A DNA stretch of 64,000 bases from Candidatus Borrarchaeum weybense (GCA_019057385.1 JAHQJS010000004.1:1137068-1201067); one strand, 5' to 3'. Positions 1-10,781 are shown, counted from the stretch's first letter. Translations and numbers: made by a program. Notes: generated by a model not told the origin, from the sequence alone.

Positions 1-2
1 TG

Positions 3-896
3 AGTAATAACGATCTAGAAGAGATCAAGAATTTAGAATCTCTTACTAATCTCCAGAAATTAAACCTTAGTGGTAACAATATAGTAGAAATCAAAGGATT
101 ATGGCATCTCATTAATCTCCAAGAACTAAACCTCAGTAATAATCAGATGAAAGAGATAAAAGGATTAGCACGTCTTATTAATCTTCAAAAACTACACCTT
201 AGCGAAAACAGTATAGAGGAAATTAGAGGATTAGAGCAACTCATTAATCTTCAAGAACTAGATCTTGGGGGTAACAATATAAAAGAAATTAAAGAATTAG
301 ATGCTCTAACCAGCCTCCAAATTCTAAATCTTCGTTGGAACTATATAAACGAAATTAAGGGCTTGGAGAACCTCACTAACCTCCAAAAACTCTACATGCA
401 TCATAATTTTATCGAAGAGATCAAAGGATTAGAAACCTTTATCAATCTCCAAGAACTAAACCTCAGAAGCAATTATATAAATGAGATTAAGGGCTTAGAG
501 AACCTCAATACACTACAAAAACTATTTCTTGGTAATGATATAGAAGATATCGTAGGGATGGGAAGTCTTGCTGATCTGGAAAAACTAGATCCTCGAAATA
601 CGATAGACGAGATTAAAGGATTAGAACATCTTACCAATCTTATAGAATTGTCCCTTCGTGCTAATGAGATTAAAGAGATACAAGGGTTAGAGAAACTCAT
701 CAACCTCCAAAAACTAGACCTTAGATTCAATCAGATAAAAGAGATAAAGGGATTGGAGCATTTCTCTATGTTACAGGAAGTAAAAATTAGATTTAATCCA
801 ATAAAACACAGTGAAAGCCATTTAGTAGGGAGACCTGGGCAGGAACTTGTAAGATACTGTCGAAAAAAGGTTGAAAAACTAACAAGAAGTGGTTGA
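3..896 (+). CDS. Leucine-rich repeat protein (SDS22/internalin-like 22-aa repeats), 5'-truncated by window edge
   Basis: Frame is open from base 3; repeats of LxxLxNLQxLxLxxNxIxEIKG. Confidence 0.9.
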   Translation, partial: SNNDLEEIKNLESLTNLQKLNLSGNNIVEIKGLWHLINLQELNLSNNQMKEIKGLARLINLQKLHLSENSIEEIRGLEQLINLQELDLGGNNIKEIKELDALTSLQILNLRWNYINEIKGLENLTNLQKLYMHHNFIEEIKGLETFINLQELNLRSNYINEIKGLENLNTLQKLFLGNDIEDIVGMGSLADLEKLDPRNTIDEIKGLEHLTNLIELSLRANEIKEIQGLEKLINLQKLDLRFNQIKEIKGLEHFSMLQEVKIRFNPIKHSESHLVGRPGQELVRYCRKKVEKLTRSG

Positions 897-1166
897 AAAA
901 CGCGTGAGTCCTTTTTTGTTTTTTCTTGATATACTCGAAAAACTATTAAATACTGTAGTTGATGGAACTAATTCTAATATACTTATCAGAAGTCTTATAT
1001 GAAATCGGCAGATATGGTGAAACGGGATTTTTCAACAATCTTTTCAATTGTTACACGGTTTTTAATGTACAAGGATCGACTTTATAAAGGTGAGCGTACT
1101 ATATAAGATATATCCGCCCAGCTCTTTACTATAAAATTTGTCAAATGCCTTAGGAGCAGTGAATTC

Positions 1167-2447
1167 ATGGTATCAAATGAGCAAATTATCGCATTAGGAA
1201 TTTTTATATTCGTCTTTGCCCTTATAGTCTCTGGCATTAAAGAAAAAACTATTGCTGGCGTTTTTGGACTTGTTTTGTTAGGTTCTTTTAGAATTCTCGC
1301 TGTTGAAGAGATGATCGCATATGTAGACTGGGAAGCAATTATGTTGCTCTTTGGGCTGATGGTAATAGTGGGTGCATTTAGGGAGGCGGGTGTTTTTGCA
1401 TATCTCACAGCCTACATAATCAATTTTACTAAATGTGATCCAAAAAGGATGCATTATATGTTCATTGGCTTGACGGCATTGCTAGCTTCTTTTTTAGATA
1501 GCGTTACGGTAGCGTTGTTTATGGTCACCGTAACGATTATGATTTGCGAGGTGATCGAAGTTAACCCAAAACCGTACATCGTTTCAGAGATTTTGGCAGC
1601 AAATGTAGGCGGAACGGCGACTGCAATAGGTAATCCTCCCAGTATAATGATTGCATCCGCTGCGGGCTTAACATTTGTTGAGTTTGCTGCAAATATGGCT
1701 CCGATAACCATAGCGTGTCTTGTACTTCTTACGCTATTCTTAAGATGGTACTATAAAGATTCCCTAGAGAAAGCTAAAGTTGCGATGGAAAGCTGTCCTG
1801 TAGCCCCTAGAGCACTTGTCACAGATGAAAATCTCTTCAGATTATGTATTATTGTTTTTCTGGTTTTCGTTGGATTAATGATTAGTCATAGTTTTATTCA
1901 TATAAGTCCTGCGATCATTGCATTAGGTTGTTCTGGTGTTCTTTTATTCGTAGGAGGAAAAAAGATGACAAAAATATTACATAAAGTTGAATGGTCGACT
2001 TTACTTTTCTTTGGTTCATTATTTGTTGTTGTAGGAGGACTTGATAAAGTTGGAATCCTATATATAGTTGCTGAAGGTATAGCAGGTCTTATTGGTCAAA
2101 ATATGGTAGCAGGAATATTTTTGATTGCATGGACCTCTGCATTAGGCTCTGCTGTAGTAGATAATATACCTCTGGTTGCTACACTTCTTCCAATTGTATT
2201 TAATATTTCTCAAATCACAGGCCTTGAACAAAAGCCTTTATTGTGGGCTATGGCTCTAGGCGCATGCATGGGTGGTAATTCAACAATTCTTGCATCATCA
2301 GCAGGAATTGTAGCTCAAGCTGCTACCGAGAAAACTAAGTACCCAATTAAATTTTACGAATTTTTAAAGGTTGGCCTACTATCGGTGTTTTTAACAGTTG
2401 GTGTAGGAAGTATTTATCTTGCCATCCGATTCGGAGTTTTTGGTTGA
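1167..2447 (+). CDS. ArsB/NhaD/SLC13 (P-protein-like) ion transporter
   Basis: About 11 TM segments; ANVGGTATAIGNPP and VDNIPL motifs. Confidence 0.85.
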   Translation: MVSNEQIIALGIFIFVFALIVSGIKEKTIAGVFGLVLLGSFRILAVEEMIAYVDWEAIMLLFGLMVIVGAFREAGVFAYLTAYIINFTKCDPKRMHYMFIGLTALLASFLDSVTVALFMVTVTIMICEVIEVNPKPYIVSEILAANVGGTATAIGNPPSIMIASAAGLTFVEFAANMAPITIACLVLLTLFLRWYYKDSLEKAKVAMESCPVAPRALVTDENLFRLCIIVFLVFVGLMISHSFIHISPAIIALGCSGVLLFVGGKKMTKILHKVEWSTLLFFGSLFVVVGGLDKVGILYIVAEGIAGLIGQNMVAGIFLIAWTSALGSAVVDNIPLVATLLPIVFNISQITGLEQKPLLWAMALGACMGGNSTILASSAGIVAQAATEKTKYPIKFYEFLKVGLLSVFLTVGVGSIYLAIRFGVFG

Positions 2448-2498
2448 GATAAAAGCCTATAACGGCTCATGATCTATTTTATTGACATAATCTAATTT

Positions 2499-2543
2499 GT
2501 GAAATACCCCACCCTGTCGGAAGGGGGCTTTCCGCCGATTAAG
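2499..2543 (-). mobile_element. 45-bp single-hairpin IS200/IS605 end relic (PATE-like)
   Basis: Minus strand reads TTTAA|cttaatcggcggaaagcccccttccgacagggtggggtatttcac; resembles both ends of the tnpB element at 15986-17370. Confidence 0.65.
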
Positions 2544-3830
2544 TTAAAATCTAAAGAATGAGAGAAATACAAGGAAGATGAGTACAATAGAGGCTAAAAG
2601 AACTGTGTCTATCATTACATATTTCAATAAATTACGCCCTCCTCCCCCTAGTTTTACATACACCAGTTTATTCATAACAGCGGAGACCACTGCTGCTAGA
2701 ATAGTCATTACTGCAATATAGTCAGATATTCTGCCTTGTGCAAACAAAACAGAGACTGAAAAAATTACAGCACCTGATCCTGCAAAACCTCCAATTACGC
2801 CTGCAATGACCAAACCTGCCTCTCCAAACGTTTGTTGCATTATTAACGTTAAAAATGTAATTCCAACAAATAAGACAATAAATTGCAACGCTGATTTAAA
2901 GGAAAAAGGAGATTCCACTTTAGGGGTTGGCAAACTCATTTCTTTTCGTGGATATCCTCTTACAACACCAGCCATAAATGCCAGCACAAGCGGAATAGCG
3001 GTATATGCTAACAAAATTGGTGCTAAAATTGCGGCAATTAATAGATTTCGTAAGATCATTGTAGCATTTGTAATTACAATCGCTTTCGAGAATAATTTTC
3101 CTTGCTCCTTCTTTTCTCCTGATTTACGTGCAATATTTGTAATACTTGAGACGGTTGCTTCACTATTAGCAACGCCACCAAAACTAGCGAATAGAAACAA
3201 GCCTTTTGTTCCAAACTTGTTGAGCGCAATATAGTTCAGAAATCGAAGGCTCAATAATAGAATTAAAAGATAATATAGCAGACGTAGATTTATAGTGTTA
3301 AAAAAGGGCTCAGTTACATTGGGAATTAAAGGAAATAATAGCAGGAACAAGACACTTAACTCAAGTGCGGCTATTAATTCTTCATAGGTCAATTCTTTTA
3401 CAATATCGCGTAATTCTTCCTTTACACTCAAAATAAGCGTTACAAATAGAGCAACGCTAACCGGGAGTAAAATAAAACCATAACCAACCAAAATCCCCAT
3501 TAGAAATGCAAGTCCAAAGGAAATAGATGTTGTAACGCCAGGATCTTTTGTTTGAGTTATTTTATACCATGTATGCCCACCAATAAGAATTATAGCAAAA
3601 ATTGAACTAACTATCAAAATAATTGAAGCTATCTGTGGAATTAAATCAGCAGCAATAGAGGTAAACGTTCCAAGAAGACTCAATAACCCGAAACTCCGAA
3701 TACCTAGTATTTTAAAATTTCCTTCTTCTCTTGCCGCCTTTTGTCTCTCGACCCCAATGATAGCTCCTGCACTGAAGCCGATTATTATTCTGATGGCTAG
3801 TTCTGCTGAAAGTGATGGTTCGATCTGCAC
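2544..3830 (-). CDS. MgtC/SapB family membrane protein with DUF4010-type C-terminal domain
   Basis: GAIIGVERQ, GIRSF, GVTT and GGxxxSxA motifs; polytopic. Confidence 0.85.
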   Translation of the reverse strand: MQIEPSLSAELAIRIIIGFSAGAIIGVERQKAAREEGNFKILGIRSFGLLSLLGTFTSIAADLIPQIASIILIVSSIFAIILIGGHTWYKITQTKDPGVTTSISFGLAFLMGILVGYGFILLPVSVALFVTLILSVKEELRDIVKELTYEELIAALELSVLFLLLFPLIPNVTEPFFNTINLRLLYYLLILLLSLRFLNYIALNKFGTKGLFLFASFGGVANSEATVSSITNIARKSGEKKEQGKLFSKAIVITNATMILRNLLIAAILAPILLAYTAIPLVLAFMAGVVRGYPRKEMSLPTPKVESPFSFKSALQFIVLFVGITFLTLIMQQTFGEAGLVIAGVIGGFAGSGAVIFSVSVLFAQGRISDYIAVMTILAAVVSAVMNKLVYVKLGGGGRNLLKYVMIDTVLLASIVLIFLVFLSFFRF

Positions 3831-4188
3831 AATGTTCCTTCCTAAATAGTGAAATGAAATATTTTTAGAAGATCTTTATATTTCTTTTTTCGATATCAAT
3901 AAAACTGGAAGATAAAACTATAAAGAGGATGGCGCAAACTTGTTGGATAGCTAAACAAATCAACTCCTTTTCAGTACAATAAGATGTGATTAGATAACTA
4001 TAAAATTTACAAAGGTTTCACTGTGAAAATACGTGATGCCAAAATAGTGTGATGATTTTTAAAAGTGCAATTAATCTCCCATATGACTTTAAGAAAAGCA
4101 ATATTACATCAATTAAAAATCTTAAAACAACAGAACTGGTTAAAAGTCCTCATATAAATTTATTTATTAAAGTCTTTGATATAAAAGT

Positions 4189-4311
4189 TTACCAAATTCT
4201 ATATTTCCGCCAATCGGATGGAATGAAGTCTTCAATGTCTATTTTTTCCGAAATTTGTAAAGAGAATGACTTCTTTTTGTCCTGAACTGCAATGACTATG
4301 CTGTCACTCAT
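4189..4311 (-). CDS. Possible 40-aa small protein (MSDSIVIAVQDKKK...WRKYRIW)
   Basis: ATG-to-TAA ORF in an otherwise empty AT-rich gap; no motif. Confidence 0.25.
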   Translation of the reverse strand: MSDSIVIAVQDKKKSFSLQISEKIDIEDFIPSDWRKYRIW

Positions 4312-4624
4312 CTTTCATCATCAAGAATCCTTTTTGACAATTGTAAAAATTAAACTTTTAGTTATATTAATATCCAACACAATTGTGTAGCTAAATATTT
4401 AAAAATGTTTCCATTTATATTTACAAACGTAAAATTTAGTTATGTAAATATAACGTATCATAATTCCGGCAAATTTTTTCATCAGCATTGTTTTGCCTAA
4501 AATCCACTAAATAACCTTAAAATTTCTTTCAGCTCCATAAAGTCACTAATATCTCAGACCAAGATTGTAAAATCGAAAAATTGAGAAAAAGAAATTAATT
4601 AAGCGCTCTAAATCGTGAATTTAC

Positions 4625-6085
4625 ATGCAACGACACAAGAATGCCCCATAGCTTGAACTTGGGGATGAATTGTATCAAGCGATTACGTTTATAACTTCTT
4701 GAAAATTTTGCTGAGTTTATAAACAAGGATATAGTAAGTAGAGTGAGAATCTGTATGCTTAATCATTATCTGGATAGTTTAGTTTGTGCGGAGAACTTGT
4801 GTCATGTCAATTAAGAACGAGCGGATCAAAGTTACATTGAAGGACACTAAGGAGCGCCGTAAACAGATGGAATGTCGGGTGTATACCGTCAAGCTTGACC
4901 ACTCGCACTTAAACCAAAACTCCTTAAAAATCTTAAAGCGATTATTCTTGGAAGCGAAATGGCTGTACAATTATTGTGTGGGTCATCCTGATGTGTTTTC
5001 TATTGATGATAAAATAAAGGCCGTGCCGGTGAAGGTTAAAGACCAGTTTGAACTTCGCCAATTAAGGCAGTTATCGTCACACATGCGTCAGAGCATCATT
5101 ACGCGCACCCAACAGAATATCCGTGGCTTAGCGCGTGTGAAAGCCAAGGGTCACAAAGTTGGACGGTTGAAGTTTAAGTCGTACGTGAAATCCATCCCGC
5201 TCAAGCAATACGGCAATACCTACAAGCTCATCAACGGTAACTACTTGCAGCTTCAAAGGCTACCACAACAATTGCGTGTCAACGGCTTGGAACAACTGCC
5301 ATCTAATTGTGAATGTGCCAATGCTACCTTACTGCACCAGCATGGCGATTATTACGTGGCGATAACTACCTATACCTCACGAGAACACAAACCAGCGATG
5401 GTAGTGCCAGCAAAATCAATTGGCATTGATTTTGGGGTAAAGAATCAGTTATCGCTGTCGAACGGCGTACATATATGATACAAGATACCAGTTACGCGCC
5501 GTATCAAGCAGTTGTGTAAGAAATTAAGTTGTAAACAGTATCGCAGTAAGAATTGGTGGAAAACGCTCTATAAGTTGCTCAAAGCCTACGCCAAAACCAC
5601 CAATATTAAACGGGACATTCGCAATAAACTGGTTCATTTCCTCGCCACCAATTTCCAAATGGTGTGTTATCAAAATGAGAATTTAGGCGCCTGGCAACGC
5701 CTGTGGGGTAGAAGAATGCTGTCAACCAGCCTGGGTGGAATCATACGCATGCTTGAAGTCAAGGTGCATACACCGGTGGAAATTGACCGTTTCTTTCCCT
5801 CTACCAAGATTTGTTCGCGTTGCGGTCATCAGCGGACTATGAGTTTAGAAGAACGCACCTATGTGTGTCAGCATTGCGGTCTGGTGATAGACCGTGATTA
5901 TAACAGCAGTTGTGTGCTAGAACACGAAGGTCATAAAATACTAGGTAGGGGACCTACCGAAGTTACGCCTGCGGAGACTAATACCTCTACCTTAACGTTG
6001 GAATATCTGAACCAGATAGCCTACGTTAAGGCAAGTATGGTCGCAGAAACAGGAAGCCTCACCGCTTTCGCATGAGGTAGTTCAC
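4625..6085 (+). mobile_element. IS200/IS605-family (IS1341-type) tnpB-only element 1
   Basis: TTTAC at 4620-4624, LE hairpin cccca..tgggg, RE gcctca..tgaggtagttcac; empty site restores the host reading frame. Confidence 0.85.
4804..6075 (+). pseudogene. tnpB: TnpB interrupted by in-frame TGA (5476-5478)
   Basis: ORFs 4786-5478 and 5512-6075 are in the same frame; GIDFG, CSRC..CQHC, DRDYN motifs. Confidence 0.85.
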
Positions 6086-8533
6086 TTCCATTCTCTCAAT
6101 CGCCATTTTTATTGCGTCTGCATGTTTATCATAAAACGGCGCGTTAAGTAGAGTGTTTCTAACATCATCTTCATTGCCTAGCCCTCCACTTGTCGCTACA
6201 ACAAGAAAAACTCTTTGGAAATGCATTGGATGTAATTTTTGGAGTTCTTCGAGGTTATCTACAAACCATTGCCAGCTATCATCTGTGAATGCAAGATTGT
6301 TTCCTGCACTGGCGATAGTAATATATTTGTTTTTGAGCGGTAATTCAACTAACGCAAACTTTAATGCCTCAAGTACTTTATCTTTTGTGTTGAAGCCTCC
6401 AAGAGCGCTTGTAATCATTATTTTTTCAGTTTCAGGCGTTTCTTCAGCCAAAACTCTGTTCTTAAAATAGTCCATTGCCTGTTCGTTGACTTCAGCTCCT
6501 ATTCTTAATATTGTTGAGCGTAGATCCGCATGAATCGATTTACCATCTAAAATATCTTGAAATTTGGCTCTTCCGAATTCTGCAATCTTCTCGGAACCAA
6601 ACTTGAAAGCGGCCCAAAGGAGAGCGGCTCTTGTGTCTGAATCTTGAGGTGTTTCATCCGTCTTTGGCTCTAATCCATAAACTTCAAGTGCATTTAATGA
6701 GATTTTTTTGCCAATAGCCATTATTTTGTCTCTCATAGGTTTGCTTATAAAATAAGCGTGTCTCAAATGCCCTATCAGAGAGTCAACAGGTAATGGCCTA
6801 GTCTCTTTAACAAACCAGTTTTCGACAAATTCCAGGTATTCCTTTAAGGAATAATCCCCTCTTCTAACCAGAGCATAAAAATCGTTTTCAATCCCAAAAC
6901 TGTCTACTGGGTTTAGTTTCTGTTCTTTAATCAACTTGCCTAACTTAGTTAACATCTCTTTTTCATACTTGACTCGATAAAATGCCATATGGTTTGTATT
7001 CAACTTAAAAGCGATTGTATCTTCTGGAATTGATACACTTAGAGTTTGTTCTTTCATGATTGTAGTGATTGTTTTTGTTTCTCCATTCTTCAGGAAGAGT
7101 AAAATGTCAATTGGTAGTAGCCAAGTCTTATCTGATTTGTGTGGTAAAAACTTAAACTCTTCCTGTTTGAGGAATAAACTATTATCTTGTCTTCTTACTT
7201 CAACGATGGGAAAGCCTGACTGATGAATCCAAGATTCAGCAAATTCCTTTACCGGTTTGCCAGATGCTTCTTCAAGTGCAGACCAAAATTCTTCTGATGT
7301 TGTGTTTGAGTATGCGTATGTAGTTAGATAGTGATTTAAACCCGTTTTAAAATTCTCTTCTCCTAAAAATGAAAAAACTAGCATCCTAAGTATACAAGCA
7401 CCCTTTGAATAAATAATTGGTGCGCTTGCTGCATCTATGCTGGCTTCTTCCTCGCCAGGAAGTTCAATTGGCATAGTTTCAATTAGTGAGTCTCTTCCCA
7501 GAGCCTCAATCAGGTCATCATTAATGAAGCGATCCCACATTTCCCATTCTGGATGGTAATGCGCGACAATGACGAAATTGCCAAAAAAGGTAGCAAACGA
7601 TTCGTTAAGCCACAGATATTTCCAATCCTCAGGAGTGACCAAATCTCCAAACCACATGTGTGCTGTCTCATGCGCAACCGTCATTGCGACTCCTATCAGA
7701 CCCCGTTTAGATGTTATCCCTGGCCACACTAACAGGGCGTTCTCACGATACAATGTAGCGCCCCAGTTTTCCATTGCACCAAAAGCAAAATCAGATACGG
7801 CAATATAATCACATTTCGGGAGAGGAAATTTAACACCTGTATATTCTTCTCCAAAAGTTAATGATTGTCGTGCTATTTCTAGGCCAAACTTGCCATATTG
7901 TATTTTTCCTGGAGTTGTTGCTACTCTAACTAATGGTTTTGTAGATGAATCTTCAATGAATTCGAAATCTCCTACACCAAGAAAAACGAGATATGTGGAC
8001 ATGGGTGGAGTACGTTCAAATCGAACCAACTTCTTTCCGTCACCCAGGTACTTTTCTTCAATAATGGGCATATTGCTTATCGCTTTAAGATTTTCAGCAA
8101 TGATAAATTCGATGTCGAAAGTTGCTTTCTTTGCTGGATGATCGAAGCATGGAAACGCTCGCCGCGCATCTCTCTCCTCAAATTGAGTAACAGCAACGTA
8201 TCTTTCTTCTCCTTCAATTTCATATTTTGAACGATAGAAGCCAATCAGTAAGTCGTTGATATTCCCAGTATAATCAATTGACAGCTCGATAGTGTCTTTC
8301 ATTGTTTCTGGAAGCATTATTGTTGTTTCTTGCTTATCAGCATCAAAAGAGAATTCACAATCGTGGAATGTCTCATCTTTTTTTACCTTACAACTCCGGA
8401 AAATCAAATCATTTACATTCAAAACAACTTTGTCAACTGATTTTTCAGCCTTTGTTTCGATATCAATTCTTCCCTCAAAGGTGAAAGTATCTAGATTTGG
8501 TTCTAAATGAATTGTGTAATTTACAGGTTCCAT
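6059..8533 (-). CDS. M1 family zinc aminopeptidase (tricorn-interacting factor F2/F3 / PepN-like)
   Basis: GAMEN, HETAH..E, ARRAFPCFD; last 8 codons supplied by the IS right end. Confidence 0.95.
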   Translation of the reverse strand: MEPVNYTIHLEPNLDTFTFEGRIDIETKAEKSVDKVVLNVNDLIFRSCKVKKDETFHDCEFSFDADKQETTIMLPETMKDTIELSIDYTGNINDLLIGFYRSKYEIEGEERYVAVTQFEERDARRAFPCFDHPAKKATFDIEFIIAENLKAISNMPIIEEKYLGDGKKLVRFERTPPMSTYLVFLGVGDFEFIEDSSTKPLVRVATTPGKIQYGKFGLEIARQSLTFGEEYTGVKFPLPKCDYIAVSDFAFGAMENWGATLYRENALLVWPGITSKRGLIGVAMTVAHETAHMWFGDLVTPEDWKYLWLNESFATFFGNFVIVAHYHPEWEMWDRFINDDLIEALGRDSLIETMPIELPGEEEASIDAASAPIIYSKGACILRMLVFSFLGEENFKTGLNHYLTTYAYSNTTSEEFWSALEEASGKPVKEFAESWIHQSGFPIVEVRRQDNSLFLKQEEFKFLPHKSDKTWLLPIDILLFLKNGETKTITTIMKEQTLSVSIPEDTIAFKLNTNHMAFYRVKYEKEMLTKLGKLIKEQKLNPVDSFGIENDFYALVRRGDYSLKEYLEFVENWFVKETRPLPVDSLIGHLRHAYFISKPMRDKIMAIGKKISLNALEVYGLEPKTDETPQDSDTRAALLWAAFKFGSEKIAEFGRAKFQDILDGKSIHADLRSTILRIGAEVNEQAMDYFKNRVLAEETPETEKIMITSALGGFNTKDKVLEALKFALVELPLKNKYITIASAGNNLAFTDDSWQWFVDNLEELQKLHPMHFQRVFLVVATSGGLGNEDDVRNTLLNAPFYDKHADAIKMAIERMEVNYLMRKR

Positions 8534-8659
8534 CTATTCTCCCTCTTTCTAGAATTATAATGACTAATCGAATCAACTGTTTTGAATATTATTCGTTATT
8601 AAGTTTATAGATGATATCCTGATTACTTGTGACACAAAAAACCAAATCAATTATATCTT

Positions 8660-9289
8660 ATGTTGTACAAGAATTCAAAAGAAACAGTGATAGGAAGTGA
8701 TAATGTGTCAATGCAATATTGCCCTCACTGTGGTGCTGCATTAGATGATCCTAGTGCTAAGTTTTGTCCAAGTTGTGGCGCATCAGTAGCTGTTGCAGTT
8801 ACTCCTACAACAGAAGTACCGCCACCTCCACCGCCTCCACCAACTGAAGTTCCACCTCCTCCCGTTTCTCCAGCAGTACAGGTTGAATACGCTGGCTTCT
8901 GGGAACGTCTTTTGGCATTTATTCTTGACGTAATAATCATTGGTATTGTAAGTTGGATAGGATTTTTTGCGATTATTGGTGGTGCGATGGATTATCTTGG
9001 TCTCAGTGGCCTATTTTCTTGGTTACTAGCATTTCTTTACTTTTGGGCATTGGAATCATTTAATAGAGGACAGACTATAGGAAAAATTGCCTTAAAGCTA
9101 AGGACAGTTGATGAATATAATCTTGAGCCGGCAACACCAGGCAACCTTGTCATCAATAATCTTAGTAGAGGCTGGTGGGTCATTATATTAGACTTCATAA
9201 TTGGCATTTTAGCGAATCACGGCGACGTACAAAAACGTATAAGAATTCTACAAAACTTAAGTAAGACAGTGGTTATAAAAACAACTTAA
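8660..9289 (+). CDS. Zinc-ribbon + polyproline + RDD family membrane protein (start possibly 8711)
   Basis: CPHC..CPSC, P8 tract, YAGFWERLLAFILD and GQTIGK RDD motifs. Confidence 0.85.
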   Translation: MLYKNSKETVIGSDNVSMQYCPHCGAALDDPSAKFCPSCGASVAVAVTPTTEVPPPPPPPPTEVPPPPVSPAVQVEYAGFWERLLAFILDVIIIGIVSWIGFFAIIGGAMDYLGLSGLFSWLLAFLYFWALESFNRGQTIGKIALKLRTVDEYNLEPATPGNLVINNLSRGWWVIILDFIIGILANHGDVQKRIRILQNLSKTVVIKTT

Positions 9290-9332
9290 AACTCTTAATA
9301 TCATTTTTTTCTTTTTCTTCAACAAAATCCGA

Positions 9333-9455
9333 CTATATCCGTCTCCAAAAACCACAGGATGCACATCTTTGAGTGCTATGCGAAAGTATATACATTGGAA
9401 GTCCACATCTAGGACAGATAAGCCCTCTGTTAATTCGCTTAGATACTCCTTCCAT
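9333..9455 (-). CDS. 40-aa zinc-finger microprotein (CPRC-x13-CASC)
   Basis: MEGVSKRINRGLICPRCGLPMYILSHSTQRCASCGFWRRI; GTGGT SD-like upstream; not in the ORF track. Confidence 0.65.
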   Translation of the reverse strand: MEGVSKRINRGLICPRCGLPMYILSHSTQRCASCGFWRRI

Positions 9456-9652
9456 TTTTTTCAACCACTTAAGGTATTACTTGGATGTTACACAAACCCT
9501 GAGTAATCTATATTCTGTTGATAATTCTACGTTTTTAAAGAAGCAATGAGATCAACCAATTTTTAAGCAAGGTGATTCTAAATACTTTGTTAATCTCAGG
9601 AATTGATGAAGAGACTTTTTACATCTCTTTCATATAATTTGGAAGCATGAAA

Positions 9653-9685
9653 ATAAATAAACATTCAGGTAAAGTCCTCCGCAAA
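9653..9685. repeat. Dispersed 33-bp repeat, copy 1 (copy 2 at 25755-25787)
   Basis: ATAAATAAACATTCAGGTAAAgTcCTCCGCAAA, 31/33 identical to copy 2. Confidence 0.75.
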
Positions 9686-9757
9686 AGGTGTATCGTTCTG
9701 AGTCAGAAATAAGAATTGGGACTTCTATATACACCATTGCAAGAGAAGTAGAAATTA

Positions 9758-10780
9758 TTATTCCAACCACTCTGGGATCGTACAACATGCTTCAATCTTT
9801 TTTATTTTGAGATTTAGTTCAGTCAATTCTCGAAGTGCACTTCTTGTTGGAAGTACAAGTCGGTCTGCGCCTGATTTGATGATTTGTTTGTCAATTTCAA
9901 TACGCATACGTCCTTTGGGTCGCATACAACCTACAGAAAGGGGAGTTTTCGGAAACATTAATCTAGCAATAGCAACAATTTGTGCAAAAATTTCGGGGCT
10001 CGGAGCAGGTGTATGTTCCATTAGCGTTTCCCGAGTGGGTATGAGGCCAATAATCACTATTTCATCTGGGTTTATCTGGCGAGCCATTTCCAATGCATTT
10101 AACTCACCAACAATTTTTCCAAAATGAATTCCTAAACAGACGTGGGGGGCAACATACGAAATGCCTGATTGCTTTAACATCACTAAATTATTAAAATAGT
10201 CTTTAGGTGCTTTATCCAGCCCGTAAACTTCCTTAATTGTTCTTTCATTACCAATAACATCTACGGATGCAATATCAACACCTATTTTTCCCAACTTTTT
10301 AGCGATGGATCTGGAAATCAAGCCTGTATGAGCGTTAAGCACTAAATTTGTTTCTTTCTTAATTTCAGCAATGGCATCAAGAAATTTTTCAAAGGGTACT
10401 GCAGCATTTTCGTCTAGTCCACCACTCAATAAGCATCCGATAGCCCCATTCCTCTCCAATTCATAACATATTTCAAGCAACTTTTCAGGAGAACTTCCAT
10501 CTAACATATGCTCCAGATAATGTTTATCACAATGGGCACAACTTAAAGAACATTCACTTCCAGTCAAAGAAATCGAAGGAAATCTCTCCCCAGGGAAATA
10601 TGCTCTCAAAACCCTCCCAAAATGTTGTAGGCGAATATTAAATGCAGCCTTTTGAATAATCTCGACATCCTCTGGGAACGATTGAAAAAGGAACTTGGCT
10701 TCCTCATAGGTTATTGGTCTTTTAGAGGCGTTCTTCAAAATTTCCTTCACTTTTCGAGTTTGAGGTTCTTCCTGTAGCAT
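9758..10780 (-). CDS. lipS1: Radical SAM lipoyl synthase LipS1-type
   Basis: CxxxCxxC plus GCMR and C-terminal CC motifs; adjacent to lplAB. Confidence 0.8.
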   Translation of the reverse strand: MLQEEPQTRKVKEILKNASKRPITYEEAKFLFQSFPEDVEIIQKAAFNIRLQHFGRVLRAYFPGERFPSISLTGSECSLSCAHCDKHYLEHMLDGSSPEKLLEICYELERNGAIGCLLSGGLDENAAVPFEKFLDAIAEIKKETNLVLNAHTGLISRSIAKKLGKIGVDIASVDVIGNERTIKEVYGLDKAPKDYFNNLVMLKQSGISYVAPHVCLGIHFGKIVGELNALEMARQINPDEIVIIGLIPTRETLMEHTPAPSPEIFAQIVAIARLMFPKTPLSVGCMRPKGRMRIEIDKQIIKSGADRLVLPTRSALRELTELNLKIKKIEACCTIPEWLE

Positions 10781-10781
10781 T

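Noticed and set aside
3-800. 66-bp periodic DNA repeats
   Set aside because: Explained by LRR coding repeats.
5476-5478. In-frame TGA in tnpB as selenocysteine
   Set aside because: Not at a Cys/redox position, in a transposon gene, and no SECIS recognised; a nonsense mutation is simpler.
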